Source: Emiliania huxleyi CCMP1516 (lineage: Eukaryota). Taken from it: DNA of 64,000 nt. Under the pieces are notes generated by a model that saw nothing but the letters and a program-made list of their open reading frames with translations, searched no databases and was not told the origin of the DNA. Every line of letters starts with the position of its first letter. Position 1 is the first letter of the stretch. Both the position numbers and the translations under genes were made by a program. Positions 13,251 through 26,277 of this stretch are shown piece after piece. The stretch spans positions 263,643-327,642 of the forward strand of contig NW_005201412.1 of assembly GCF_000372725.1 (NCBI RefSeq), written 5' to 3'.

Positions 13251-15403
13251 GTAGGGTGCCCACAGGACCCAAAAGAAAATAGCTTGACGACTCAAAAAGG
13301 GACGCACGAGGCAAATCTGATGTTGGCCAGTTCCAATAGGAGCGAGGCCTCTTCCGTTGGGGGACCGAGTTCATAGGAAACGAGGGTTTCCCATTGTGTC
13401 CCGCTCCAGCGCGAGCGTGACACTGCACTTGGCGCCGAGCGCCCGCGGCTCAGACCTTGTGCAGGCCACCCCTCGGTGAGTGCACCGGTCCGGACCGATG
13501 GCGCTCGGTGTGGAGCAAGCAAGACCCCCCCCCCCCCCTCGGGGCGCGCTCGCCATTCCAACGGCCGCCAGGAGCACCAAGAGGACTCCTCATGGCTGCA
13601 CTCAAGTGGGCTTCGACCGGCCTCGGCTGGGGGGGCGGGTTGTCCCGGCTGCGGACGCCTTCTGCAGCCCCCTGGGATGGGGACAGCACCCAAAAACTGC
13701 CCCCGGCGGCATACAGCACTGCCAGCCAGCCTCTTCCTCCTCCTCAAGGGCTGTACTATAGGCCATATTGCGCCGCCTCCTACTGGCAGCCGGGCGGGCG
13801 CGCGCCGCGGGCGCCTCGGCGCGCGCACGGCTCGCAAAGTTCGAACGAGTACTGCCGCCCGGCCGCCTCAAGGCTGCCGGGCGGCAGTACTCGCCTCGCA
13901 AGGCGCGCACCGGCTGATCTGGCTGCTGCGCCGGCGGCCGCTGCGTTGGCCGCTGCTGCGCCGGCTGGCGGGCGGTACGGCCGCCGGCGGCCGCTGCACC
14001 CGCGCCTTCCCTCGCGGGCGCCGTCGCGCCGCGCGCGCCCAACTCTGCTGGTACACGGCACGCGTCGTCACACAGCCGCGGAGAATAGGCGGTGCAGCGC
14101 GCGAAGCGCGCGCGATCTCGTACTTTTAAGGCTGGATCCGGCCATTCCAAGGGTATACCTTTGAGAATCCCCAGCGTCCCACCCTCCTAGTCACACTCTC
14201 AATTTCTCGACTGGCCAACACGAAGTGCTGCGCGTCGAGGTTGGCCCATTTCTTTTTTCCTTTCAGAATCAAGTCAGCACATCCTTGTAGTACAGCGGAC
14301 CGCCAATCTCGCCAGTAGCATCCGCAGGGAGGCAGCATATGAGGCACCAGTCTTCTGCGAAGAGCTCAACAGCTGCGGCCGCGATGGCAGAGTCGGCCGC
14401 GGTTCGAGCGAGCAGCTTTTGGCTGCAGGATCGAATCGCGGAAGGCTCATGGTCATGCCCTCGCGGAGCGCGCGGGTGTGCGAAATGCGACAAAAGACGA
14501 AAGACGACAGGCGCCTGAGCGCTGTACGCCTGAACTTTTGTCGCCGCAATCGCCACCGCCGCCATCTTGACGAGCAGCGCGAGCGCGCTCGTCGGCGGCC
14601 AGCCGTCGCGGGCCGGGCCGAGCCCGGCCTCAACCGGCCGCGCCGCCGCAGCAGGCCCGGAGGCCCACATGGCGGCCGACCAGCTGATAAGGAGGCGCTC
14701 TCTCTCACTTCCTTGTGTAGACTTGCGAGTGGCCCCATGCATCCACGAGATTGGAGAGAGCGAGAACCGAGATGAAAAATGTCCCGGGTTGTGTTCCTGT
14801 GGACGCATTTGTTGTTGCGTGTGCTGAGGGTCATGGCGATGCGGGCTAGGAAAAGGTTTCTTTTTTCTTAGCTTCGGCTTTACCTCGGCGAGGCGCGGCG
14901 GAGCAATGACGGATGAGCTGAAGCGGTGAAGGGGAAGGATAGAGGAGCGGGAAACCGCCCCTAATTGGAACGAATGAGCGAAAAACGCGCATCCCCGGCC
15001 GGGGGGCGGGGGGCCGATGGAGCCGGAGAGTCCCGCGAGCGCACACGCGCAGGAGAAAACCAAAATCAAAAGATGACATTTCGGCGCATCCGGGCAGATA
15101 TTCGCCACGAAGTTCTTCGAACGCCACGCTCCACAGGTGCTCGTACCGCTCTCGCAAAGCCGACGCGAGCTGTGGCTCCCTTGCGCGCCCGCCCGCCGCC
15201 CGCCCAACCACGCAACACGCACTCGTGCAGCCTCCCGTGACGGCCGACTCGACTTGCAACTCCAGCCCACACCTCCCCGCACCTCCGCGCCGCGCCACAC
15301 TCTCGCGCTCGCCTTCTCTCGCACGCTCCACGGGCCGCCCCCCAGCCCCCAGCCCCTCACCCCCCCCTCCCCCTCCCGCGCAGACAACCACTCTCCAACA
15401 ACC

Positions 15404-17003
<1,600 letters not shown>

Positions 17004-17321
17004 AGCGCGCGGCGGCACGCGCGGAGAGGAGAGAGGGAGGAGAGAGGGAGGAGGCGGGGGGCGCACCGGGGCGCACCCGCCACGCGGCCGGAGGGCGCGC
17101 GGTATCGAGCTACGAGGACGTTGGAGAGGACACTTGTCTGTGGAGAGGACCAGTGGGAGGGGATGCGGAGCACGGATGGATTACACACTTCTACTACTGT
17201 CAATGTGATGAATGATGCGATACACCGACTGCAACAAACACCGTTTCACCTCTGGGGGGAGGCGGGGGCCCCCGGAGGCACCGTGCGCCGGCCGCCGCCG
17301 CGCAGCAGAGAGCAGTGACCA

Positions 17322-17961
17322 CGCACTAATCCCGACCCCCGGTTTTTTCGCTCAGGTTTTCAAACTTGTTCTATCATAGTTAGCTGCTAAGTGAGAGCAA
17401 GTGGCACATCGCGTTCTCACCACGGTCGCCGCTCATGGCGCGGCGCGCCTGCGCAACGCGGCCCCGAGAGGGGCTGCCTGGCCACCGCTGCCACTGCGCC
17501 GCACGGATTTCACCCCACTTTCGCGACTGTGGCCGTCCAACAGTCTGCCGGCGCGGCGGGCGCATTCGAATGCGCCCTCTGCGCCGGCAGACTGTCAGTG
17601 CTATCCCGGGCGGCGCGCCAGCGAGCCCGGACGCTGGCCAGCCGCGAGGACAGCGCCATCGTCATCGGCGTCTCCTGCAGCAACTTCAACAGCACAAGGT
17701 AGCCGGGTCGGAGGCCTCCCGCCGAGCTGCCGAGCCACCCCGCACCCGCGCCACCCTGCCTCAGGGAGTCAGTTGAGAGGGTGCGCAAAACCTTACCAAA
17801 ACTGGCACGGGTCACGCGCCGCTCGGGAGCCGCGGCGCAGCCTCCAGAGACTGCAACGACAGCGAGCATACGCGCACGCGACTAAGCAGCTAACTCGAGG
17901 GGTTCCTCAATCAACCGAACGCACTAGGCTGGCGAAAAAACCGGGGCGCGGGATTAGTGCG
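17322..17961. mobile_element. MITE-like element (~640 bp) with 30-bp outer and 15-bp inner inverted repeats
   Basis: cgcactaatcccgacccccggttttttcgc (17322-17351) vs gcgaaaaaaccggggcgcgggattagtgcg (17932-17961). Inner pair agttagctgctaagt (17378-17392) vs actaagcagctaact (17881-17895). Confidence 0.65.
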
Positions 17962-18753
17962 AGTGTGCGGAAACGGGGCTCCGGCTCCGTTAGTCTCCGT
18001 TAGCACCGACTTCCCGAATGATCACGGTTGATCAGAGGGCAGATTTGGAGAGATCTCGAGGAGTACATACAGATAGACCCTCCAACCATCAGAAAACTCC
18101 GACCTGATCGGTCGTACTGACCGCGCCGACAGATCGCACTCCAGACAGCAGACAGGCCGACGTCTGCACACGGCCGGCCGGGCGAGAGGCTTGACACGAT
18201 CCGACCCTGCGACCCTGACGCTGCTGCTCTAGCTATCAGACACGCACTGGTGACTGCTGCCACAATGTGCGACCGGTGCTGGCCCACTTGGCGGCCTTCC
18301 CGGTCAGTGGTGAGGCGCAGTTCAGAGCTATCGATGGCGCGATGCCGCACTGGTCCCACATCGGTGACACGAGACCACCACGTTTGCCGGTCCACAAGAG
18401 AGGCGCCGGTGCTGTCCTGAGAAGGTGCGTGGTCCCTCTTGACTGCGCATGCGCGCGAGGCTGTGTAGGCATAGCCTCGAGAGTGCCACTGCCAGCAGCC
18501 AATCCGAGGCAGCCCCCAGAGGTTTTCACGTAGCCGCAGCCCGCACGAGTAGAAGATCACGGGGGCGTGCGTGACGCGGTTTCCCTTTCCGGTTACCGGT
18601 TTGGCCTCTCTGCACTCTGCTCTCTGGGGGGCGGAGCCCGCTCCTAGTGCGGTCCCAGCCCCGCCACGCGCCAGCCCGGACGCCGGAGGGGCGGTGCCGC
18701 CCCCCGCCCGCAGCGTTTGGCGTTCGCGCTCGTCGCGTTTTTTGCAGCTTGCA

Positions 18754-19689
18754 TGGTTGGGTAGTAGGGCTAGAGGGTCGCTCTACACTTAGCCTCTGCA
18801 GCGAGCGAGCGCTCAACTTATGCAGTGAGCGAGCGCTCAACTTAGCCCCCGCACGGAGCCGGGCTCAGACTTAGACGCTGTATGTCGGGGGGCCTGAACT
18901 TAGACGACATAGGCCAACTCCGGGTAAAACCCGGGTATACCTGCAAAAGTCCAGGTTTACCCGAAAAATACCTGGACGCGTCCCAGGTACATATATATAT
19001 GCCGCGCACGCCTACTCCCAGGGCCAGTGCGCTACTTGCGGCGCGCACCGCCTGCTCAAGTACCCGCACCGTACCATGTGCGCGCTGCCGCTACGCGTGC
19101 CAAAAAAAACGCGGCTGCGGCGCAGCGGCGAGGGGCGAGCGCGGCTTGCCGATGGCGGTGCGGACGATGCGGTCGTGCCGGCGTTCTGCTACAAGATCAA
19201 GGCGGTGCTTGGCATGCGCTTCTGCGATCCCGATCAGCTCATCGCAACGAAGCAGCGCAACAAGCTGGCTGCTGCCAACAAGGCCCTATGCTACCTCACG
19301 CGCGGATCGTTCAAAGAGGACCAGCACACACAGGCTTCACCGTCACACGTTTGATTAAGCTTGAGGAGCTTCGTGTCATGTGGGAACTGTTTGGCTAGAC
19401 GTCGCTCAAGAATGAAGGAGCAGCAACGAAAATCGGAAGAGGAGGATGCTGAGGCGGCGATTGCTAAGCATGAAGAGGATCGACCGCCCGCCGCAGGCGA
19501 AGAAAATTTGGGGGCTGCGCCGTATCGTTGATCACGGTGGGAGCCTCCTGGCCCCAGGCCGTGCCACGGCCGACTTAGCCGATGTAGGAGGCTCCCGCTG
19601 ATCTTAGACCGCGCAAGCACCCCAGCGTGCCAGAGCACACTTAGACCCGCTCAGCCTCGAGGCTCAGAACTTAGACTACTACCCAACCA
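18754..19689. mobile_element. Non-autonomous DNA transposon (14-bp TIR, periodic ACTTAG subterminal motifs)
   Basis: TIR tggttgggtagtag / ctactacccaacca. Flanks cagcttgca / gtgcttgca share 7 bases. ACTTAG-like motifs recur at both ends, with ORF remnants in between. Confidence 0.65.
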
Positions 19690-20117
19690 GTGCTTGCACA
19701 TCCGAGACCGACATGTGCATTTGTGGGTCTCTGATCACTTTTTCAGTGTCACTTATGCGGCTTGGTCCTTGGTGTGCCGGTGCGCGCGAACTCGTTCGAA
19801 GGCGCGGAGCCCGGAGGCGCGGGGTCTCGCGCTCACGCTCGGACGCTCGGCGCGGTCCGCGACACCGCGAGTGCACACACGACACACGTACATGCTCCCC
19901 CCCCCCCCCCCGGGGCCCTTCCGCTCGCCGCTGATAGCGCTGTGCCCTGACAACTTTCCTCGATCGGTGGTATGTCGCGCGCACCTGGCGCGAACATCCG
20001 CGCTGTCGCCTGTGTAGGTGTCGGTAGTCACGCGCCACGTACCTCAGCCGCCTCTGGGCTCTCCGCTCGAGCCGCGTCTCGCGGGAGGCGGGAGGACTGT
20101 CCGTACTGGCTCGCGTG

Positions 20118-21473
20118 TCACTTTTGCTTTCTCTGCGAGAGGGGCTGGTCCTCCTCGTCAGACGAGTCCGGGGGCGGCTTGTTGGCTTGTTGCTTGCTGG
20201 CCGTCGCCTTCTCCTTGCTGGCCGCCTTCTTGACGGGGGGCGGCTTCTTCTCCTTGCTCGCCGCCTTCTTGACGGGGGGCGGCTTCTTCTCCTTGCTCGC
20301 CGCCTTCTTCGGCGGCGGCGGCTTCTTTGCGGCCGCAGAGAACGCCTCGTCCTGAGGGCAGGGGAAGGAGGGGAATGGGAGAAGGAGGGAGGGTGAAAAG
20401 AGTAAAGGGAGGGAGGGAGCCGGTGTGTAGGCCCGCTCTGGTGGCGGTCAGTGCGGCGGCCGCTAAGAAGCGGCGATTTGCGGGGCGGAAGGCCTCGGCG
20501 GCGGTTACTGACCTCCCGGAAGGTGGGGGGAGGGCAGAAGCAGGGGCCAGGGAAGAAGGAGGGCCGCGGCGCCGCACGTCGCTTGAGTCCGGCTCGCGCT
20601 CAATCTTGCGCTGCGGCTTCTTCTTTTGGCCCTGGGGGGAGAACAAGAAGGGGGGGAGGGGGNNNNNNNNNNNNNNNNNNNNNNNNNNNNNNNNNNNNNN
20701 NNNNNNNNNNNNNNNNNNNNNNNNNNNNNNNNNNNNNNNNNNNNNNNNNNNNNNNNNNNNNNACCCGGCGACGAGAAAACCGAATGCGAGAGGAAAGCAA
20801 GAGCCCGCAAGCCGCCAGAACGATCCCGCAGACCACCCCAGCCGAAAGGGGAGGGCCCCGGCGCACAAGGCGCCCAAGAGCACGAGCCACGGCCAGAGGA
20901 AGGCGGCCGGGCACACAGAGACGAGCCACAGGAAGGAACAACAAAGGGCACAGAGGCGGGTGGTGGGGTCGGGACGAGCGGAGCCGCGGCCGCAAGCGAT
21001 GCCACGGGGAGGGCGGAGAGCGCCGCCCGCGGGGAGTGCTGCGGTGACGGACGGGAGTGCTGCGGCGAGCGAGCGTTGCAGCGAAGGAGTGCGGCGCACC
21101 GCCTTAGCCTTCTTGGCAGGCGCAGCCTCGAAGTCGTCGTCGCCCGCTTTCTGTGGTGGCGAGGGGAGAGGAGGCGTCAGGCGTGGTCCGGTCACACGGC
21201 CGCGCGGCGCGACGGCTGCGAGTCACAGACCCTTCTCGGTTTCGACGCACCACTGCCACCAGCCTTGGCGGATTTTCCAAGCTTCTTGAGCCAGGCCTGC
21301 GCGTCGTCGTCCTCCAGCATCCCGCGCTTCAGCAGCCACTCCGCCGCCATCGCGCTGTCGGGCCGCTGCTGCATCAGCGTCTCATAGAAGATCTTGAGCG
21401 CCGGCCCGTCAGGTGTGGTCTCATCAAAGTCGATGGTCTGGCCAATCTTCTCGAAAGTCTTCTTTGGCGGCAT
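20118..21473 (-). CDS. Lys/Ala/Pro-rich uncharacterised protein, multi-exon, spans the assembly gap
   Basis: MPPKKTFEKIGQTIDFDETTPDGPALKIFYETLMQQRPDSAMAAEWLLKRGML... resembles the small conserved eukaryotic 'GQ....P...LRIFYESL..Q.P.S.MA..WL...G.L' domain. C-terminal KKAASKEKKPPPV repeats (39 bp); TGA at 20118-20120. Confidence 0.65.
20663..20762. other. Assembly gap (100 N)
   Basis: Run of N. Confidence 1.
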
Positions 21474-21854
21474 GGCGGCGCGGTGTGTGTGAGAGTGGCT
21501 GTGTCCTCGAGCGGGAGAGCCGGTGCAGAAGAGGAGTGCGAGAGGGGAGCGCGGGCTTGCTCTGCAGGTATGGCGCGAGAGCGACGGCGAGCGCCCAGCG
21601 CTCTGCAAAAAGATTTTTCGAGGGCATGCGCAGCTGAGAGACGGCTAGCACGAGGGACCAAAATACGCGGAGAGGAGAGCGGATGCGACGGTGTATCGGA
21701 TATGCAACGGTGGCATAAAGTGAATGATACACCGTCGCAGCGGAGTTACGCAGAAAGGCGAGAGAAGCAGCGGGAGCAAGAGATCGGCAGACGACAGCGG
21801 CGTCTCAGAACGAGGCCGAGGAGAGCGATGAGTCAGGGGAAGAGACAGCAGGAG

Positions 21855-22715
21855 AGAGAGAGAACGACGAGAGTGGGAAGAATGCGAGGTGGCATGAAGG
21901 TCGCTGCAAGAATTGGTGATAAACTGCGGAGAGAGATAGGAAGTGGTACTTGTAGTATAGTAGGGTGAGAATTACCTCGAGTAGACGCCCGAGGGTGGGC
22001 GACGGCTAACACCACACTTCTCCCCTAAAATCCCTGTGTGGTGGCGGCGTGCCGTCCTCCCATCCCTCCCTTTGGGTTGCCTGTTTTATTTATTTCTTTT
22101 TGAGACGGCTAGCACCACACTCCTCCTTAAAATCCCTGTGTGGTGGCGGCGTGCCGTCCTCCCATCCCTCCCTTGGCGCTTGGGTTGTCTGTTTTCTTTC
22201 TTTCTTTCAGAGACGGCAAAGGAGCGCAAATCAAGATGGGAAAAGACAGCGAGCCGCTCCGATCCGGGAAGCGAGCCCTGAATGTGAGAAAGCAGCGCCA
22301 CATCGACACACGACAGGCTCGAAGACGCGACAGAGGAAGAAGCGACAAGCGAGAGAACAGGACGACGGGCCAGGAGAGATCCCTGGTCTGGACGATTCTT
22401 TTCGCGGTATCCGCGGCGGGATATGGCGGGATATGGCGGGATACGGTCAGATATGGAGAGATACATCAAGATACCGCGAAAGAATCGTCCAGACAAGGGC
22501 TGGAGGGAGAACGACGAGAGTGGGACGACCGCGAGGTGGCCATGAAGGTTGCCGTGCGAGAACCGGCAGGAGACTGCGACGAGAGATAGGGCGAGTCAGA
22601 TGGCCACATGGGCAAACAGGGGGGCGGCTAGCAACACACCCCTTTCCATGAAATTCCTGTGTGGTCAGGTGGCGGCGTGCCGTCCTCCCCTGTCCCCTCC
22701 CTCCCTTGCTGTTTG
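21855..22715. repeat. Complex local repeat cluster: ~103-bp tandem unit x2 plus a diverged third copy, a diverged ~85-bp duplication and a 120-bp palindromic mini-element
   Basis: gacggcta.caccacact...aaatccctgtgtggtggcggcgtgccgtcctccc at ~22001, ~22104 and ~22625. gagaacgacgagagtggga...gagagatagg at ~21860 and ~22507. Inverted arms at 22381-22411 and 22470-22499. Confidence 0.75.
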
Positions 22716-22996
22716 GCCGCCCCAGTAGCCCCATTTTCAATCGGGGCCGTGGTTTCGTGGCAAAACTCGTCACAGGCTTGGCGCCAAAGCAGATTTCACG
22801 GCGTTCGAGAGACGGGTGGTTCAAACCGGCCGGATCACACCTCCCACGCTCTATTCGCTCGTTGGTTGGGTCAGGGGGGATAAATTAGTGCGATCGATGA
22901 ATGTGATTAAAGCGTCTCGAGCGTCTCGAGTCACAGCGGCTCAAGAGAATCTCTCTTTTAGCGGCTCAAAGCTGTCTCGGGCCGCCTCCCGCCTGC

Positions 22997-23255
22997 GGAG
23001 AGAGATTTTTGAAACCCCCAACAAGAAATCACGACTCGCTCTCTTTTATGTCCCACCATGCAGAGCGCATCTCTCACTCTCTCTGTTGTGCGAGGCGTGA
23101 ACCGCGCCATTCGCTCTCACCTGGCAACCCTGTCTGCACGTCTCGCGCGCGCGTGGACAGGGCGTGAAGATCTGTTTCCCACCAACCTTTAAGTGCCAGG
23201 GCTCCAGGCCCCAAATGATGTGTGAGTGTAGAGTTGTTTGGTATTCTAAAAATCT
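22997..23255. mobile_element. Short dispersed element bounded by AGATTTTT...AAAAATCT; inverted copy at ~31757-31933
   Basis: 23035-23250 matches the reverse complement of 31757-31933, apart from a 39-bp insert flanked by cagggc direct repeats (23158-23163, 23197-23202). Confidence 0.7.
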
Positions 23256-23937
23256 AGACTCTCAAAAATCTCGACTCTTCGCCTGCGGTCGCTCGGCCGG
23301 AGCTTCTTTCTCGGTCGGTCGGAGCGTGGAGGTGTGCGTGCAATCGGGTTAGGGCAGCGAGGGTGAGAGTGCATCACTGATGCTTAGCGAATAATGAGGA
23401 ATATTCTAAAACAGGCACTTCACCAAGATGAGTGTGTGTCTGGGGTGTGCAGGTGTAGTTTATTTTTGCTTGGCCGTACGAGAGAGAGAGATTTTTAGCA
23501 ATACCAAACAACTTTTGTTTGCCGTACGTCATGCTGAAATTCTGCAAAAACCTGGCCGGCCCCTGCCCAGCCCCTTCCTACCTAGCTACGAACCTTCCTA
23601 CCTACCTACCTTACTTATGGGAAACTAAAAAAGAAATCACTGGATGGGTGAAGGTGCGGTATACTATACCAACAAAGTGATGGCTGGTGGTACTCTCCTG
23701 CAACCACAGTCCTTCCTGTGCATGGCAGGCCACTCTCAAGCCCTACAAGCACCAGATCACCCACTTGGGGAGGGCTGAATCCGGTTTTTGAAAATTCCGG
23801 CGTGAAAGTGGTGGAATACATGTCCCACCGACAGCGTCTGATCCCACACGTAAATTAGACTGAGTGTCTTCTTCGTTCCTCGCTCGGTCCAAGCGGCTCA
23901 CGCGAGAGCGGCGGGAAAGTCGCCGCGCAGCAGGCAC

Positions 23938-24535
23938 CTCCGCCTCCGCCTCCACCTCCGCCTCCACCTCCGCCTCCACCTCCGCCTCCGCCTCCACCTC
24001 CGGGTCCGCCTCCGCCTCCACCTCCGCCTCCGCCTCCACCTCCGGGTCCGCCTCCGCCTCCACCTCCGCCTCCGCCTCCGCCTCCGGGTCCGCCTCCGCC
24101 GCCGCCAGCAGCTCGGCCGCCGCCGGCACTTTCGCCGCAAGCTGCTCTGCTGCCGGTGACGGCTCGCAAAGTCGCGGCGAGAGTGAGGCGGAGGAGCGGG
24201 AGCGGGAGGAGGAGGAGGAGCGAGAGCGGCTGGAGGCCGAGGAAGAGGAGGAGCGGGAGCGGGAGGAGGAGGAGGAGCGAGAGCGGCTGGAGGCCGAGGA
24301 AGAGGAGGAGCGGGAGCGGGAGGAGGAGGAGGAGCGAGAGCGGCTGGAGGCCGAGGAAGAGGAGGAGCGGGAGCGGGAGGAGGAGGAGGAGCGAGAGCGG
24401 CTGGAGGCCGAGGAAGAGGAGGAGCGGGAGCGGGAGGAGGAGGAGGAGCGAGAGCGGCTGGAGGCCGAGGAAGAGGAGGAGCGGGAGCGGGAGGAGGAGG
24501 AGGAGCGAGAGCGGCTGCAGGCCGAGGCGGAGGAG
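23938..24535. repeat. Two adjacent minisatellites: C/T-rich 6/36-bp array (23938-24100) and 57-bp x ~6 G/A-rich array (~24190-24535)
   Basis: (cgcctc/cacctc)n, followed by the unit gaggagcgggagcgggaggaggaggaggagcgagagcggctggaggccgaggaagag. Coding status unclear. Confidence 0.9.
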
Positions 24536-25722
24536 GAAGGCGGCGAGGAGTGGTGACTTCGCCGGTTCACTCTAGTGATGACCCGTCAGCCTGACGTCAG
24601 CGTCGTGGAGCGGGTTCCGCGCCACACACACCGCGGCTCTGTCTATGTGTGCGATGGCCGCGTCGCGCGTAGCATGTGCGATCATGCAGAGCGTCTGTCG
24701 AGACCACACGTGACACGAGAGCGAGACCGCTACCCCACAATAAAGCCGTAACACTCACACACACCACACATACGTCACACACACCGCGCAAAACGAGCTC
24801 TCGAGACATAAATCATAGTCTGAGACAACGTCACAACGGCAGACGGTGGTGTCTGTGCTAATTTCAAATTATGGTCTCGACATATATAAACCCGTGACTG
24901 GGCTGGTTTTTACATTTTAGGCATTGTGGGGTTGGCACTCCCATCGACCCTCATGACCTCCTGCGGTCTCTGAGATGGACACCAGTGGGTGTGGGACCAC
25001 AGGCAGGATACACTCGAAGGCTGGGTAAGCAGTAGAGGTCGATGCTCGACGCGTCCCACATGGTCTGTGTCGCTGTCGGCACGCTGTCGACAGGACGTCG
25101 AGCGACACCGGTGGCAGTGCCACCCAGGAGTGGTCGGGCGGTCTCCCGTCATGAAAGAGCCACCATGTGATCCGTATGATGGTTCCTGACAACCGCCTAA
25201 GTCAACTTTCGTCACAGTTCCCGCTCTGAGAGGAGCTGCGGGTCAGTTCGACAGCTGGAGCTGTGTCGCCGGCGTGCGGCGGCCTGCCTCCGGAGGTGCC
25301 TCTGAGGTGGACATTTTTTGGTCACCGTGAGAGAACGCGTTCGAATTTTCACTCCGGAACTTCAACTTCGCACGCGCACCGGCCAGGGCTACAATAGTGC
25401 CAGTGAGGCGGAGGCGCGAGTCGGAAGGCCGATTCGTTAAGTGTTCCCGTCATTTTCCTACCCGGGTACAATGCTGTGAACCCAGCCACGTAGCAGAGCA
25501 GGGACGGGCTTAGAAGTGCAGGGGGGGTACGGCTTTACCCATACACACATAGGTAACTCAAACTGAAAAGGAGCCATCCGGCGATAGGCCAAATAGGGCA
25601 GTACACAAATTCATCAACAAATCACACGTGGGTTCTGAAGGAGGAGGCAGAGTTCTGATATTGTGTGGCTGAAGGAGCAAAAGACAGAGGCCAGCGCGCC
25701 GCCGAGCGAGGCGCGCACGCGG

Positions 25723-26191
25723 TTAGCAGATATCACGCTTGAGCGCGGTGGCGAGCCACGGCATGTCGCCGACCTGACGGAGAAGGGGGCGGGGTTGGAG
25801 TTGAGCTGATCGCGGCTGGCGGTCCCCGGGGCGTGGCCGCCTCTGCGATGAGCTTTTTGTCGAGGAGGAGCTGCGCGAGCTCCTGGTTCTTCGGGCAGAG
25901 GATCTTGTGGATCTTCTCGGCGAGGTCGGCGGGAGCCTGCTCGCAGGCGGCGGGAAAGGTAAGGGCGGCGGCGGCTAGGGAGAGAGAACATGCACATGCG
26001 TGGGCGGCACCTCGGCGATGTACGTCCTCCCATTCTCGTGGACGTGGCCGTCGGAGCCGACGCCCTTCGCGGCCGGCGACGACTTGAAGATGAGGTCGTT
26101 GTGCACCTGGGAGAGGGAGGGCGAGGAGGGAGAAGGGGGGAGGGGGGAGGGAGTGGGGGAGGGGGCACACACGCACGAGGACGACGTCGCA

Positions 26192-26277
<86 letters not shown>

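Noticed and set aside
18787..18903. CRISPR-like look of short repeats with unique spacers
   Set aside because: The repeat is only 6 bp, lies inside a TIR element in a eukaryotic genome, and there are no cas genes.
20763..20975. Compositionally odd A-rich sequence next to the gap
   Set aside because: Most likely a low-quality contig end rather than biology.
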